DNA from: a virus
Virus record (IMG/VR): IMGVR_UViG_3300050159_000048
Length of the DNA stretch: 64,000 nucleotides
Reading direction: 5' to 3' (one strand)
The translations under genes and the position numbers were made by a program. Positions 1-9,641 of this stretch are shown here, piece after piece (the first letter of the stretch is position 1; each line of letters opens with the position of its first letter). The notes beneath the pieces were generated by a model. It worked only from the letters and a program-made list of their open reading frames with translations, had not been told where the DNA came from and did not search any database.

Positions 1-717
1 TTGAGCATCAAGTTCATCCAACATTTCGTAGTTTGTTGATGCACTGGTACCAACAGCACCAATACGTAGAAACACCTTCTCAACGAAGTTACGACGGACA
101 TCAGCAGGAGTGTCAATCCAAATTGGAATTTCAAAATTCAACGTACTCTGGATGATTCGACGGTCTTGTCCCACAGGATACGGAGTATCATTGTTGATGC
201 CTTTTAGCAGTACATGAGTTAGCCGAGTCATATCAAACACACCGTCAGATGTTTGAATTACCAGCTGTGGATCGAAGATTGGTAAGATTTGTTCCAGGAT
301 TTGAAAGTGTTGCTCAGAATTGCTTGAGTAGATTGACAGGTCAACATCAATCGTGTACGGCATTGGTTTGCGCTGATACACTACCCTGATGTCATCTGGT
401 GCCAATCCACCAACTGGAACGTATGCTTGCCGGCGTTCTACCCCAATGCCAACCATTCGTGCTGGATCCATATTGATCCCACGTAGGTACGCACTCATGA
501 CAGGGAGCCGTAACGGCTTGTTTGCTGTATTGTCAGTCATGATTGCTGCAACTACACGGTCCTGGGCTCCGTAGTGAATTGGTACTTCAATCAACCGCTC
601 ATCCACAGTACCCCACTTACCAATCTGCACCTGCAAGCCGGTGAAGATTGCCATGAATTGAAGGATGTAGCTGCGTAGCTGCGCATCATAGTAGTAGCCG
701 TCTGCTTGGTATGCCAT
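1..717 (-). CDS. Tail completion/terminator protein, T4 gp15-like (3' end runs off the window)
   Basis: Missing from the ORF track; read by hand from ATG at 717, which overlaps the upstream TAA: MAYQADGYYYDAQLRSYILQFMAIFTGLQV...VPIHYG...LRLPVMS...PMPYTIDVDLSIYS...QILEQILPIFDP, open to position 1. Motifs and position after gp13/gp14 fit gp15. Confidence 0.8.
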   Translation of the reverse strand, partial: MAYQADGYYYDAQLRSYILQFMAIFTGLQVQIGKWGTVDERLIEVPIHYGAQDRVVAAIMTDNTANKPLRLPVMSAYLRGINMDPARMVGIGVERRQAYVPVGGLAPDDIRVVYQRKPMPYTIDVDLSIYSSNSEQHFQILEQILPIFDPQLVIQTSDGVFDMTRLTHVLLKGINNDTPYPVGQDRRIIQSTLNFEIPIWIDTPADVRRNFVEKVFLRIGAVGTSASTNYEMLDELDAQ

Positions 718-2270
718 TATCGAATATTCCTTGCTGGTATCTTAGCTGGATTAGTTGTGTACTCTTCCAGATTGTTCTTCATTGTGTTGTACTGTTCGCG
801 GCGGTCTGTCTCCAGATAGATCCAACGATTCTTAGTCGCTGAATAACGGTACAGGCGGGTTGGTACGTCCTTGGCAGTACCTTCGTACGTCAACCGGTGG
901 TGATCACCATCGTTTGCGTTAGCCACATCAGGCAGCACAGGTCCTTCCGTGAACGGAGCGCCGTTTTGAGGAATGCCGTCCTCGACAAACAGTCCCGTCT
1001 TGTTAAAGTTCATCTTGCGGATGTGAGGGAATCCTGACGCCTTAGCGGTATTTAATTCCTCATCAGTGAACTCACGTATGGTGTTCGATCCCTCGCTGCC
1101 GTATTCAGGCACTGCCGTCTTTGCATCAGCTGCAATATTGTGCGTGATGACGGAGAAGTCTTGATACTCCGCACCCTTCTTGTTGGAAGTGGCAAACAGG
1201 TCGGAATTGTCTACCATGGTGCGCAGATCACCGAAGATGTCCTGTGTTTCTTGCGATGCGAGAGCTTGTTTTGCTGTAATTGCTAGAATAGTTGGTGTCC
1301 ACCCCGGGGTATATGACGAAGAATCCCACGTCACGTCCGTCACTTCAAGGAAGCGTTTTACTTCACGCAAGTCTGGAGTATATTGCGCTTCGCTCGGCAG
1401 CTCAATGATGTCACCAATGATAACAGGTCGACCTAGCTTCTCGATACAATGTCCAAAGTTCAGTTTGATTGTGTATGTGTCTTGCCACGCTGCACCAAAC
1501 TGACCAAGATCCATCATCGGAGCGACAATGTCGTAAAACCCACGGCAGGCAATTGCGGGCTGTGAATAGTCACGATCCCGATTCTCCATCAGGATTTTGT
1601 CTTGGATGTTGTCAAACTTTGTGGCCTCATATTCCATGAGCTCCAGGGCTTGAACGCCCCACGCATCACATTGACCTCCAACGAATCCAATCGGACGAAG
1701 CCTCCAGTACCGATTGGGCGCGGAGCTTTTGAATGTAACTGTGTTTAACACATCATCATTCGGCAGGTCAACCACGGCAACGCCGTACCATTGGACGTTG
1801 TCGTCAGATCGCTCTATGCGGACTTTGGCAACGCGGAGTAGAGGGTTTGCACTCTGTTTGATCTTCATAGATGCGATATGCACACGAACATTGGCGTCAA
1901 CACCATATCGACGACGACCGTTAGCAATCTTCACCTCACCGAAGTCGTATCCAATGTATGCTGATGCGCTGATTGCCTGTGTGCCAGTTTGACGTGACCG
2001 CCATTCATTTGCAGTGGTGGTGAATGCGTTTGCTGCTGGGTAGTTGGGGGCATCCCCACCCGACAGTGCCTTGCCGTTTCCTGCCAAGTCGACCAAGCGC
2101 TGTTGTTCGTGAATGCCGAGTAATTTATGGACATTAATCGTTGCACCAGCAATGTTTAGCGATTCTTGTTGCAACAAACTTGCATACGTATCAGTACGGC
2201 CCTGGGCAGAGAAGTCCCAGGGCTGACATACGTTAGGCGTCTTGCATTTTAGGGTTGGGTTTGTTGCCAT
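717..2270 (-). CDS. Neck/head-closure protein, gp14-like, with an inserted discoidin (F5/8)-like domain
   Basis: 517 aa; IQDKILMENRDRDY and RPVIIGDIIELP resemble gp14 of large T4-like phages; YIGYDFG...RYWRL insert; lies between gp13 and gp15. Confidence 0.65.
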   Translation of the reverse strand: MATNPTLKCKTPNVCQPWDFSAQGRTDTYASLLQQESLNIAGATINVHKLLGIHEQQRLVDLAGNGKALSGGDAPNYPAANAFTTTANEWRSRQTGTQAISASAYIGYDFGEVKIANGRRRYGVDANVRVHIASMKIKQSANPLLRVAKVRIERSDDNVQWYGVAVVDLPNDDVLNTVTFKSSAPNRYWRLRPIGFVGGQCDAWGVQALELMEYEATKFDNIQDKILMENRDRDYSQPAIACRGFYDIVAPMMDLGQFGAAWQDTYTIKLNFGHCIEKLGRPVIIGDIIELPSEAQYTPDLREVKRFLEVTDVTWDSSSYTPGWTPTILAITAKQALASQETQDIFGDLRTMVDNSDLFATSNKKGAEYQDFSVITHNIAADAKTAVPEYGSEGSNTIREFTDEELNTAKASGFPHIRKMNFNKTGLFVEDGIPQNGAPFTEGPVLPDVANANDGDHHRLTYEGTAKDVPTRLYRYSATKNRWIYLETDRREQYNTMKNNLEEYTTNPAKIPARNIR

Positions 2271-2276
2271 TGTAGA

Positions 2277-5252
2277 TTATCCAAATACGAAGTGTGCACC
2301 CATGCCGTACTCATCCGGCTTATCGGCGATGTAGTCATCAATTTCCTGCAGACAAGCTTCAATTTCTTGCTGAGCAGCTTGACGCAATTCACCTGCGTTG
2401 AGTGTAATTGAGCCACCCGCTCCAGGGAGTGTAGAGAACTTGCCGCGCGTTTCTGCAAGCATCAAACGGCACATAGCAGCCGCATAGCGACGAATCCACG
2501 GATTGGCGTAACGATCCGACATAATGTCTTGCTCCGTCCGCTCAATCGTTGCTTCAATTGCAACCATCTGCTCAGCCATGCTGAAGCGGTGGTGCAGGAA
2601 CAATTCACGTGTTTGCTCATTCCATGTGTAGGTTACGCGTCCAGCAAATAGAATTTCCATCAACTTGGTGTATTCGCCCATCAAGTGGTAGCTCAATAGG
2701 TCAAAAGTGCCCATGTTGTACATATGTTGCATCACAATCTGGCCGTAAACGCCGGCGCCGTGTGCTGACGACAAGAATGAAGACGTTAAGCGGTACACGC
2801 CCAGCACATCAACAATCTTGTTCATGTCTGATATTTTGTTGGTCAGGAAGAACTTCTGCTCATTCGCCTTGATGCTCATGAAGAAAAATCCGCGCTTGTA
2901 CGCAACGCCGGAACGCATGCGCAGCTCACGAAGGGCTCGTGAGATTGCGTAATCCATCTGCTCCTTTGTGATTTCAACGTCAACATTTGGATAGCCTAAT
3001 TCGTACCGAATATCCATGCCAATCTGCTCACGCATTGCCACTGAGCCGTCAGTACCAATGCCCATTTCCATGTACGTTGGTGTACTGGATGCCCCGTCCG
3101 TACCTGGAGACAAGTCTCCAAGCGTTGGTGGAGTTGTCATTGAGCTGAATAGGTCGCCGTCCTTAATGCGAACCATGGAGGTGCTGCCAACCGTGTTGTC
3201 GGTGAACAGAAGATTGCCGTTGCAATCCAGTTCAACTGTAGCTGGCGGTGTCGCAGCTACCCACGCTGTTCCGTTCCATTGCTTCAGAATATTCGTAGTG
3301 GTGTCATACCACATCGCGCCCTTGACTGGTGGTTGTGGGGTAGCGTTGTATACTACGGCTTGCCACGCCGCCCCGTTCCATTGCTGAAGGGCGTTGAATG
3401 GAGTGTTGTACCAGAATGTGCCAATAGGCATCAAAGCTGGGTCTGTTGTAAATGCGACTGGCGTAATTGGAGACCATCCAGATACCGTACGTACGTGCCA
3501 CACATTGCCGTTGTACCAAACGGAACCAACTGTTACCGCAGTTCGTGGATCAGTCGGCGAGGTGATTACAGCCTGCTCCGCAAAGCAGTTGTTACCGTAA
3601 ATGTACAGCTTGCCTGTATCCGTGTCAATCCAAGCGGAACCATCCGCGAACGTTGGTGCCAATGCGGGATCGTTTGGTTGGTCTACAAAGTTTGTTACAG
3701 CAACCCACGAATTTTGTAGTTGATCCCACACAAATAGGATGCCGGCTACGGTATTCCACCACGCATCGCACGAACCTCGCACGGTAGGATCATTTGGGAA
3801 CGTAATAACGTCGTTCTCATTCCAGGATGTGTTGCTTGCATCGCGGATGTAGAGGTTTTCCGTGATCGGATTGTACCAAATCTTGCCCGGTGCAGGCGTA
3901 GACGGCTCAACCTCACGAATGGAAACCCCAGAAACAACATTCCATCCAGCATTAGGAATGCCTAACTGCTTCAGGGTATTCGTGGACGAATCAAACCAGA
4001 ATGCTCCTGGCTGTAGTTGTGTTGGGTTGACGTCCGATTCCATGAATTCGGCTGCATTCCACATCTCAAGCGCGGAATTCCAACGGTACAACCGGTTCAG
4101 TACTGTGTTATACCAAAACGACCCACCAACAGGAGCAACAGCAAGCGAAGGGTCTGTAGCTTGGACTGTGGTGCTAATTGAGCACCACGCGTAACCATTC
4201 CATAGATGAACTACCGTACCGTCATACCAATACGACTTGTCCGCAGCAGGTGCGGCAGGGTCGAGTGGATTGTTGTATACCGTAACTATTACCCAAGCGT
4301 TCGTTTGCCATACTTGCAGCACGTTTGTGGTCGGATTAAACCAATACGTGCCGTCGGCAACAATATTTGGTTGGGATATGCCGACCAAACACGCAATCTC
4401 AGTGTACGATGTGCCATTCCACTGGAACAGTTTTGATTGTTGGGAGTTCCAGTAATAATGATTTGTGCCAGGCGATGTAGGACCTTGTGGAGCATTACCG
4501 ATCAACGCTAGCTGTTTGTTGATTTCTGCAACCAGCGATTGGTAATCTTGAGCATTTGCGCTTGCGACATTAATGGTATACGTTGGCGCAACGAGATTAC
4601 ATTCGCCAACGTAGAGAGGACGAAGTGGCTTGGGATCTACTCCAAGCTGAATCGTGAAATTGTATATCGCTGGCTGTGGCTGTGCAGGAGGCAGAGGTGA
4701 CGTTAGTAGCGGTAGTCCTGTGGAATCTGTAGGCTGCACGCCCGTGGGAATTGTCGTGGGCTTTAGGAATGCGATTTGAGTACCGCGTGTACCGTCCGTG
4801 CCGCGGTTAACAAACTCAGTTGAATAAGCGTGAACGCCCTCCACAAAGTACCGGTGTTGGCAGTCAGCGGGGTATCCAGCCACAAAGTACGCTGTATTTG
4901 GCAGCAACCCAGTAATGTCCAGCATAGTGGTGACGCGGTCACCATAGAATGCGCCAACAACATAAGCATCACCGATTTTATCACCTGCGAACAGGTTGGA
5001 GTCTCCAGTGGGGTCGGAGCTGTATACCGTGCCGTTCTTTGGGGACGTTGAGGCGGACGCAGGAGTAGTGTTCAGCGTGAGAACAATACCACAATATGCT
5101 TGAGTTTCAGCATCGCAGCCCGCAGCAGGGGCTGGAATGTTCCAACTAATACGTCCAGTATTTGGACCCGTTCGGTCAAACTTGATTGTAACATTTAACG
5201 CCTCTGAACGCAAGATTCCTGGCGCGGATAGTTGGATGTCGTAAGTGCTCAT
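2277..5252 (-). CDS. Neck protein, gp13-like C-terminus, with a large Trp-rich repeat region
   Basis: 991 aa; C-terminal ELGYPNVDVEIT..Q and WIRRYAAAMC...RGKFSTLPGAGGSITLNA are gp13-type motifs. Confidence 0.75.
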   Translation of the reverse strand: MSTYDIQLSAPGILRSEALNVTIKFDRTGPNTGRISWNIPAPAAGCDAETQAYCGIVLTLNTTPASASTSPKNGTVYSSDPTGDSNLFAGDKIGDAYVVGAFYGDRVTTMLDITGLLPNTAYFVAGYPADCQHRYFVEGVHAYSTEFVNRGTDGTRGTQIAFLKPTTIPTGVQPTDSTGLPLLTSPLPPAQPQPAIYNFTIQLGVDPKPLRPLYVGECNLVAPTYTINVASANAQDYQSLVAEINKQLALIGNAPQGPTSPGTNHYYWNSQQSKLFQWNGTSYTEIACLVGISQPNIVADGTYWFNPTTNVLQVWQTNAWVIVTVYNNPLDPAAPAADKSYWYDGTVVHLWNGYAWCSISTTVQATDPSLAVAPVGGSFWYNTVLNRLYRWNSALEMWNAAEFMESDVNPTQLQPGAFWFDSSTNTLKQLGIPNAGWNVVSGVSIREVEPSTPAPGKIWYNPITENLYIRDASNTSWNENDVITFPNDPTVRGSCDAWWNTVAGILFVWDQLQNSWVAVTNFVDQPNDPALAPTFADGSAWIDTDTGKLYIYGNNCFAEQAVITSPTDPRTAVTVGSVWYNGNVWHVRTVSGWSPITPVAFTTDPALMPIGTFWYNTPFNALQQWNGAAWQAVVYNATPQPPVKGAMWYDTTTNILKQWNGTAWVAATPPATVELDCNGNLLFTDNTVGSTSMVRIKDGDLFSSMTTPPTLGDLSPGTDGASSTPTYMEMGIGTDGSVAMREQIGMDIRYELGYPNVDVEITKEQMDYAISRALRELRMRSGVAYKRGFFFMSIKANEQKFFLTNKISDMNKIVDVLGVYRLTSSFLSSAHGAGVYGQIVMQHMYNMGTFDLLSYHLMGEYTKLMEILFAGRVTYTWNEQTRELFLHHRFSMAEQMVAIEATIERTEQDIMSDRYANPWIRRYAAAMCRLMLAETRGKFSTLPGAGGSITLNAGELRQAAQQEIEACLQEIDDYIADKPDEYGMGAHFVFG
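3240..4460 (-). repeat. About 11 tandem ~37-aa protein repeats (P..G..W[YF][ND]....L..W) inside the neck gene; boundaries approximate
   Basis: YYWNSQQSKLFQW, YWFNPTTNVLQVW, FWYNTVLNRLYRW, IWYNPITENLYIR, FWYNTPFNALQQW, MWYDTTTNILKQW and others; no obvious DNA-level identity. Confidence 0.8.
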
Positions 5253-5277
5253 ACTGAGATTTCCTCGTTATGAGCGT

Positions 5278-5285
5278 TATTTATG
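5278..5285 (-). promoter_or_regulatory. Late promoter CATAAATA for the neck/gp15 operon
   Basis: One mismatch to T4 late TATAAATA, about 25 nt upstream of the ATG at 5252 and just after a terminator. Confidence 0.75.
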
Positions 5286-5295
5286 GGCTGAGAAT

Positions 5296-5326
5296 AAAAA
5301 GAAAGCCGGCATATGCCGGCTTTCTT
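5296..5326 (-). terminator. Intrinsic terminator
   Basis: AAGAAAGCCGGC-ATAT-GCCGGCTTTCTT with a U-tract on the minus strand. Confidence 0.8.
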
Positions 5327-5333
5327 GAGCGTA

Positions 5334-6002
5334 TTACGTGTATTCGTTTTCGTCGATAGGCTCTTCAGCCAAGATTGCGAGCAGCAGCTCGTGTGGTTTG
5401 CGACGCTTGCGCTTGGACGATCGTTCATTGAGGATGGCTTGGTCTTTTGCAGCGATCAAACCACGCACGCGCTGGTGTGCTTCCAGGGCTTGTTCCAGTG
5501 TCCCATAATCAGTACACTGATCCACCATTTCGCACAGTTCCGTCACCATAGCGTCGGCGATGTCAATCATCATGCGGTGATCAAACTTGTAAAACAATTG
5601 AGTCACTGGCTCAATTACCAGATGGTACATTGGAAGATTGCGACGCCGCTGGAGAGCTTGGTCACGGTCGTCAAGTCCTGACAGCAGATATGTGGCCATC
5701 AGTTTCAGGACTTCTTTCGGGGCATTGTATGGAGTGTCTTGGTATTTCTGCTTACCAACCATCTCTGATGTTGATTTGAAGGCATCCGCTACACTACGCA
5801 GAGCTGCCTTCAAATCACCCTCATCGGTGATCCACCTTAGCTGAAGCGGGTCAGGAGAATAGAACATTCCCAGTAGTCGAATATAGGTACTGATGCCACT
5901 CCGAATCGGAGCGAGTTCTTGTTCGGTAAACATCAACGAAAGTACTGCCATGTGGTCTCCTAAAACCAAGTCGCTAGAAGTTAGTGAGTCGCTCATCCGC
6001 AT
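5334..6002 (-). CDS. Hypothetical protein (222 aa)
   Basis: Full ORF between a sigma70-like promoter and a terminator; no motif recognised. Confidence 0.7.
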   Translation of the reverse strand: MRMSDSLTSSDLVLGDHMAVLSLMFTEQELAPIRSGISTYIRLLGMFYSPDPLQLRWITDEGDLKAALRSVADAFKSTSEMVGKQKYQDTPYNAPKEVLKLMATYLLSGLDDRDQALQRRRNLPMYHLVIEPVTQLFYKFDHRMMIDIADAMVTELCEMVDQCTDYGTLEQALEAHQRVRGLIAAKDQAILNERSSKRKRRKPHELLLAILAEEPIDENEYT

Positions 6003-6036
6003 GAATCGTCACACACTTCAAAAATAGAATGAGCGA

Positions 6037-6066
6037 ATTGTATTCGTCAAAAGGAAAAGGAGGCAA
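6037..6066 (-). promoter_or_regulatory. sigma70-like promoter TTGCCT-18-TACAAT, with the -35 inside the terminator hairpin
   Basis: -10 at 6037-6042 and -35 at 6061-6066. Confidence 0.5.
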
Positions 6067-6078
6067 CAGCCTCCTTTT
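6055..6078 (-). terminator. Intrinsic terminator
   Basis: AAAAGGAGGC-AACA-GCCTCCTTTT. Confidence 0.75.
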
Positions 6079-6096
6079 GATATTCGGGTATTTGGG

Positions 6097-6651
6097 TTAC
6101 ATTCGTGATTGTCTCATCGCGGAATCCACCTTTTGTTGTAGTGTTCGAGCTCGTTTTGCGAGTTGTTCACCTTGAGGAGATCGCATGTCAACTGACTTGG
6201 TGTACTTTTGGATCATATCCGCGTACATTTGTTGAATGTTTGGATACCGAGAGCCGTGTTGAGCAATGATGCGCACAGCGTCCGTGACAAGTCCGTCTGG
6301 TGCTACACTAGCTTTTAGTAGCACGTTGAGAGTGTTGGATTTTTTGATTGGGTCGTTTGAGTTGGGCAGTTGGAACGACAGAGCGTGGATTCCAGCAAGA
6401 AAAGACGCTACAGAGTTCAAATGCATCAATTTAATTGGTTCGCCTTTTTCGGCTGTAGTCGCAATGTTTGCGAGAACGTGCGTCGCAGCTTCCGATAGCT
6501 GGTGGGCATCTTCTGCTAAACGAGCCAGCCCTGCTTGTATTGCTTCTTGTTCTTCAGCTTCGCGCTTGATTGCCAGCGCTGTTGCTGGGATTAGCTTGAG
6601 CTTTGGTGCGTCACGACGTTGTTTTACAACGTCAGCAAGTTTTGTGTCCAT
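6097..6651 (-). CDS. Hypothetical protein (184 aa), probably late/virion
   Basis: ORF overlapping 6632..6985, downstream of a late promoter. Confidence 0.7.
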   Translation of the reverse strand: MDTKLADVVKQRRDAPKLKLIPATALAIKREAEEQEAIQAGLARLAEDAHQLSEAATHVLANIATTAEKGEPIKLMHLNSVASFLAGIHALSFQLPNSNDPIKKSNTLNVLLKASVAPDGLVTDAVRIIAQHGSRYPNIQQMYADMIQKYTKSVDMRSPQGEQLAKRARTLQQKVDSAMRQSRM

Positions 6652-6985
6652 GATTTTCTCCAGGTCCTGCGTGTCTTGCCAGCCATTTTGTTAGCTTACT
6701 GCCTGACCAGAACGTAGAACACACTTCACCTTCGTCAATCCCTTTAACCCCGTCAAATGTGATTGATTTTGGTGTGGGATCGTCAACATTATCATACTGC
6801 CATTCAACAATTATCTTGTTCTTGGGCTTGAGACCAACTAATTGTTTCTCTTCTTCCGTCTCACCGATTGTGAGGGAGCAGTATTTCTTGACACTGTATT
6901 CTACGATTGCCACAGGAGTGTTCTCGATAGCTTTCAGCAGTTGTTCCTTGCTAGCGAGGTATTGCTTAAATGTTAGTACGCCCAT
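6632..6985 (-). CDS. Hypothetical late protein (117 aa), possible internal head protein
   Basis: N-terminus MGVLTFKQYL; late promoter at 7017-7024. Confidence 0.7.
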   Translation of the reverse strand: MGVLTFKQYLASKEQLLKAIENTPVAIVEYSVKKYCSLTIGETEEEKQLVGLKPKNKIIVEWQYDNVDDPTPKSITFDGVKGIDEGEVCSTFWSGSKLTKWLARHAGPGENHGHKTC

Positions 6986-7016
6986 ATACTCACAAACTTA
7001 GGTAAATGATGAGGGA

Positions 7017-7024
7017 TATTTATG
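7017..7024 (-). promoter_or_regulatory. Late promoter CATAAATA
   Basis: TATTTATG on the plus strand, between a terminator and the ATG at 6985. Confidence 0.7.
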
Positions 7025-7044
7025 TGGGGTGTGTAACCGGCAAT

Positions 7045-7071
7045 AAAAAAGCCCGCCGAAGCGGGCTTTTT
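7045..7071 (-). terminator. Intrinsic terminator after the capsid gene
   Basis: AAAAAAGCCCGC-CGAA-GCGGGCTTTTT (UUCG loop on the minus strand). Confidence 0.9.
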
Positions 7072-7086
7072 GAGTGCTTGATGTGA

Positions 7087-8511
7087 TTAAGCGAACTGGA
7101 AGTTGCTTACGTTGATCTTGCCGTAGTAGTCCGCGCTGTTGCCAAGCGACGACTGAGAAGCGGTGAACGCTGTCTTGCCGTAGCGAGTCATCATCGAGAC
7201 AACTGGTTGGAAGGTGACCGGGTTGATCACAACACCGCTTGACATCAGAGGGATGTATGGGCAGTAGAAGTAGCCAGTGTCGGTTTCACCATTGCCGCCC
7301 TTGTAACCAACAAGGATGGTGTCAGCAGCTGCTGCTCCCAGGCCTTGCACTTGGTTCCACAGGTAGCTGTAGACTTTGATTGTGCCGTTCAGCGTACCGA
7401 CCAGCATTGAGTTGTTAGGACCCTTGAACGAGCCAGCAACAGCAGGTGCGAACACCGACTTAGCAGCAGATTGCAGGATCGAAACAACCATTGGGCTAAC
7501 CACAATGAAGTTACCAGCACCACGACGGGTCTTACGAGCGATTTCGTTAGCAACTGCGTTGATCACAACGCCGAGGTTTGCGAAACGGTCACCCAGGTAT
7601 GCAGGCTGATAGCCGGTCACACCAACGGTCGAGTAGTCGTATGCAGCAACTGTACCAGCCAGAGCTGTCAGGTCCGACAGAATTTCGCTGTCGATTTCCT
7701 GAACGATTTCAGCGGAGATGACTTGCGTCAGTTCGCTTTCCAGATCCATGCCGTGCTGCGACTTCAGGTCTTGCATAGCTTCGATCGTCCAGCCGGCTTG
7801 CAGCTTACGAGTCGTGGATTCAACAGCTTGCGACACAACTTCCAGCTTAACCTTACGGCCACCAGAACCTTCGATGAACGAACCCGAACCACCGTACAGC
7901 GAGCCAGAAACTTGCTGACCCAGACCGTTCGAGTAAGGACCGAACTTAGAAGTGTTGTGCGAAGGCAGGCTTGAAGGCCAGCCGCCACGTGAAGCTGCAC
8001 CAGCGATTTCAACTGGTTCACCTTCAGGGTTTGTCATGCCGGATGCACCAGCGGTTTGTGCCAGAGGCGTACCAACAACGGTACCAGCAGCACCAGAATA
8101 GAACTGACGCAGAACTGGGTTGTTACCGAACATTTCAGCGTCAGCAGCGATGGTACCGTCTGAACCGTTAGCGGTCCATGGGTTACCGTCAGCACCTGCT
8201 GCAGGAACGGCGACGGCTTCACCGTACTTGTAACGCATCGAGTACACCAGACCGACGGGACCTTGCATTGGCTGAACGCCAACCAGTTCCGTAGCGATGG
8301 TGCCAGGGATGATACGACGAATCATCGGGATCAGGATCTTGCGGAAACCTGCGATGTCGTTTGCTGCCACAGAGCCTTGAGCTGCAGTTTCAGCCAGGAT
8401 GTGTTGCTTTTGGTTTTCCAGAAGTGTGCCAACGATTTGCTTCTTAGAAGTATCGAGACCTTCAAGGAGAGTTTCCTTCACTTCCGACCAGTTTTCAAAA
8501 AGTTCATTCAT
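7087..8511 (-). CDS. gp23: Major capsid protein, T4 gp23 family
   Basis: GVQPMQGPVGLVYSMRY, RKLQAGWTIEAMQDL, YCPYIPL, TFQPVVSMMTRYG motifs. Confidence 0.97.
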   Translation of the reverse strand: MNELFENWSEVKETLLEGLDTSKKQIVGTLLENQKQHILAETAAQGSVAANDIAGFRKILIPMIRRIIPGTIATELVGVQPMQGPVGLVYSMRYKYGEAVAVPAAGADGNPWTANGSDGTIAADAEMFGNNPVLRQFYSGAAGTVVGTPLAQTAGASGMTNPEGEPVEIAGAASRGGWPSSLPSHNTSKFGPYSNGLGQQVSGSLYGGSGSFIEGSGGRKVKLEVVSQAVESTTRKLQAGWTIEAMQDLKSQHGMDLESELTQVISAEIVQEIDSEILSDLTALAGTVAAYDYSTVGVTGYQPAYLGDRFANLGVVINAVANEIARKTRRGAGNFIVVSPMVVSILQSAAKSVFAPAVAGSFKGPNNSMLVGTLNGTIKVYSYLWNQVQGLGAAAADTILVGYKGGNGETDTGYFYCPYIPLMSSGVVINPVTFQPVVSMMTRYGKTAFTASQSSLGNSADYYGKINVSNFQFA

Positions 8512-8560
8512 GACTTTTCCTTTGTGAGTTGTTTAAGAGTTACTTAGCTTTGGTTAGCGA

Positions 8561-9496
8561 TTAGACGCCGCCGAGACGACGAGCCCAAGCGCGGGTAGCG
8601 TCAGAAATTGTTGGCTGTTGCTTAGGCTCTTGACTGTGGACCGATTCCTCAATCATTTGCTCTTCGTTGTCGCCAGACTTCACAACGCCGCTTACTGTCT
8701 TCACTTGTTTACCTTCAGCCAGTACTTCATCTTCCTTCTCTGAGGTCTTTACGTCCTTAGCAGACGTTTCTTTCAGCACACGACCTACGTAGGTCTTGTA
8801 CGCTTCTTCAAGAAGAGGTGTGTCCACATTCTTGAGGATAGCTTCCATCACTTCCCTCGTGCGGCCAGAGAGAGGTGCGAGAACTTTTTCCAGCTTGATG
8901 GAACGTTCCATCTTGCCCAGCTTCTTTTCAGCTTCTTCCAGAGTGTGCAGGGTGTCTTCCAGACGCTGCTCAGCTTCAGTCAGTTTAGCCTGTGTTGAGT
9001 CATCGTCAGCGTAGTGCTTCTTGAACTCAGTCACAAATGCTTCAAATACCTTCTTACCGAACTCTTGCTTCTTAACGGTGTCAACGTCTTCGCGAAGCTC
9101 ATCGAGTTCAGCGGTCAGACGGACTTCCAAGAAGCGGTCCAGCTTTTCAATCAGTTGTGCGATGTCCTTTTGAAGAGTAACCTTCATGTCGGCCTTAGCT
9201 TCAACCAGCTTTTCAGCAAATTCAGCTTCTAGGTCACGGAAACGGTTGATGTCTTCGTGTAGTTCGCTCAGTTCTTCCTTCATCGCTTCGGTAACCTTGG
9301 CATCCAAGGCTTCGATAACGATTTCACGCTCAGTGATCCATTGCTCGTTCAGTTCAGCCGTGACGTTCGCTTGAGCTTCGTCGCGGGCCTTCTGAATAGC
9401 TTCATCTAGCTTATTCGAGAAAGCTGCTTCTAGCTCTTGCTTTGTTTCCTCGGTCAGTACTTCCGCAGCAAGTAGTTTCTTCAGCAGTTCATCCAT
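8561..9496 (-). CDS. gp22: Prohead core scaffolding protein, gp22-like
   Basis: Acidic coiled coil of 311 aa between the protease and capsid genes. Confidence 0.85.
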   Translation of the reverse strand: MDELLKKLLAAEVLTEETKQELEAAFSNKLDEAIQKARDEAQANVTAELNEQWITEREIVIEALDAKVTEAMKEELSELHEDINRFRDLEAEFAEKLVEAKADMKVTLQKDIAQLIEKLDRFLEVRLTAELDELREDVDTVKKQEFGKKVFEAFVTEFKKHYADDDSTQAKLTEAEQRLEDTLHTLEEAEKKLGKMERSIKLEKVLAPLSGRTREVMEAILKNVDTPLLEEAYKTYVGRVLKETSAKDVKTSEKEDEVLAEGKQVKTVSGVVKSGDNEEQMIEESVHSQEPKQQPTISDATRAWARRLGGV

Positions 9497-9541
9497 GTTG
9501 GAGTCTCCTTAGGAATTTGCACTATGCAAATTCGTGTGTTT

Positions 9542-9549
9542 TATTTATA
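9542..9549 (-). promoter_or_regulatory. Late promoter, exact TATAAATA, for scaffold and capsid
   Basis: Perfect T4 late consensus, followed by a 9-bp hairpin (9513-9533) near the mRNA 5' end. Confidence 0.85.
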
Positions 9550-9591
9550 CGGCGGTCCCCGTGGGGTTGAACTTTTCTATGCGCACATACG

Positions 9592-9617
9592 AAAAAACCG
9601 CGTATTCACGCGGTTTT
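9592..9617 (-). terminator. Intrinsic terminator after the prohead protease
   Basis: AAAACCGCGT-ATTC-ACGCGGTTTT with U6 on the minus strand. Confidence 0.7.
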
Positions 9618-9641
9618 AACTGGTACCGGACTTTTTCGGTT

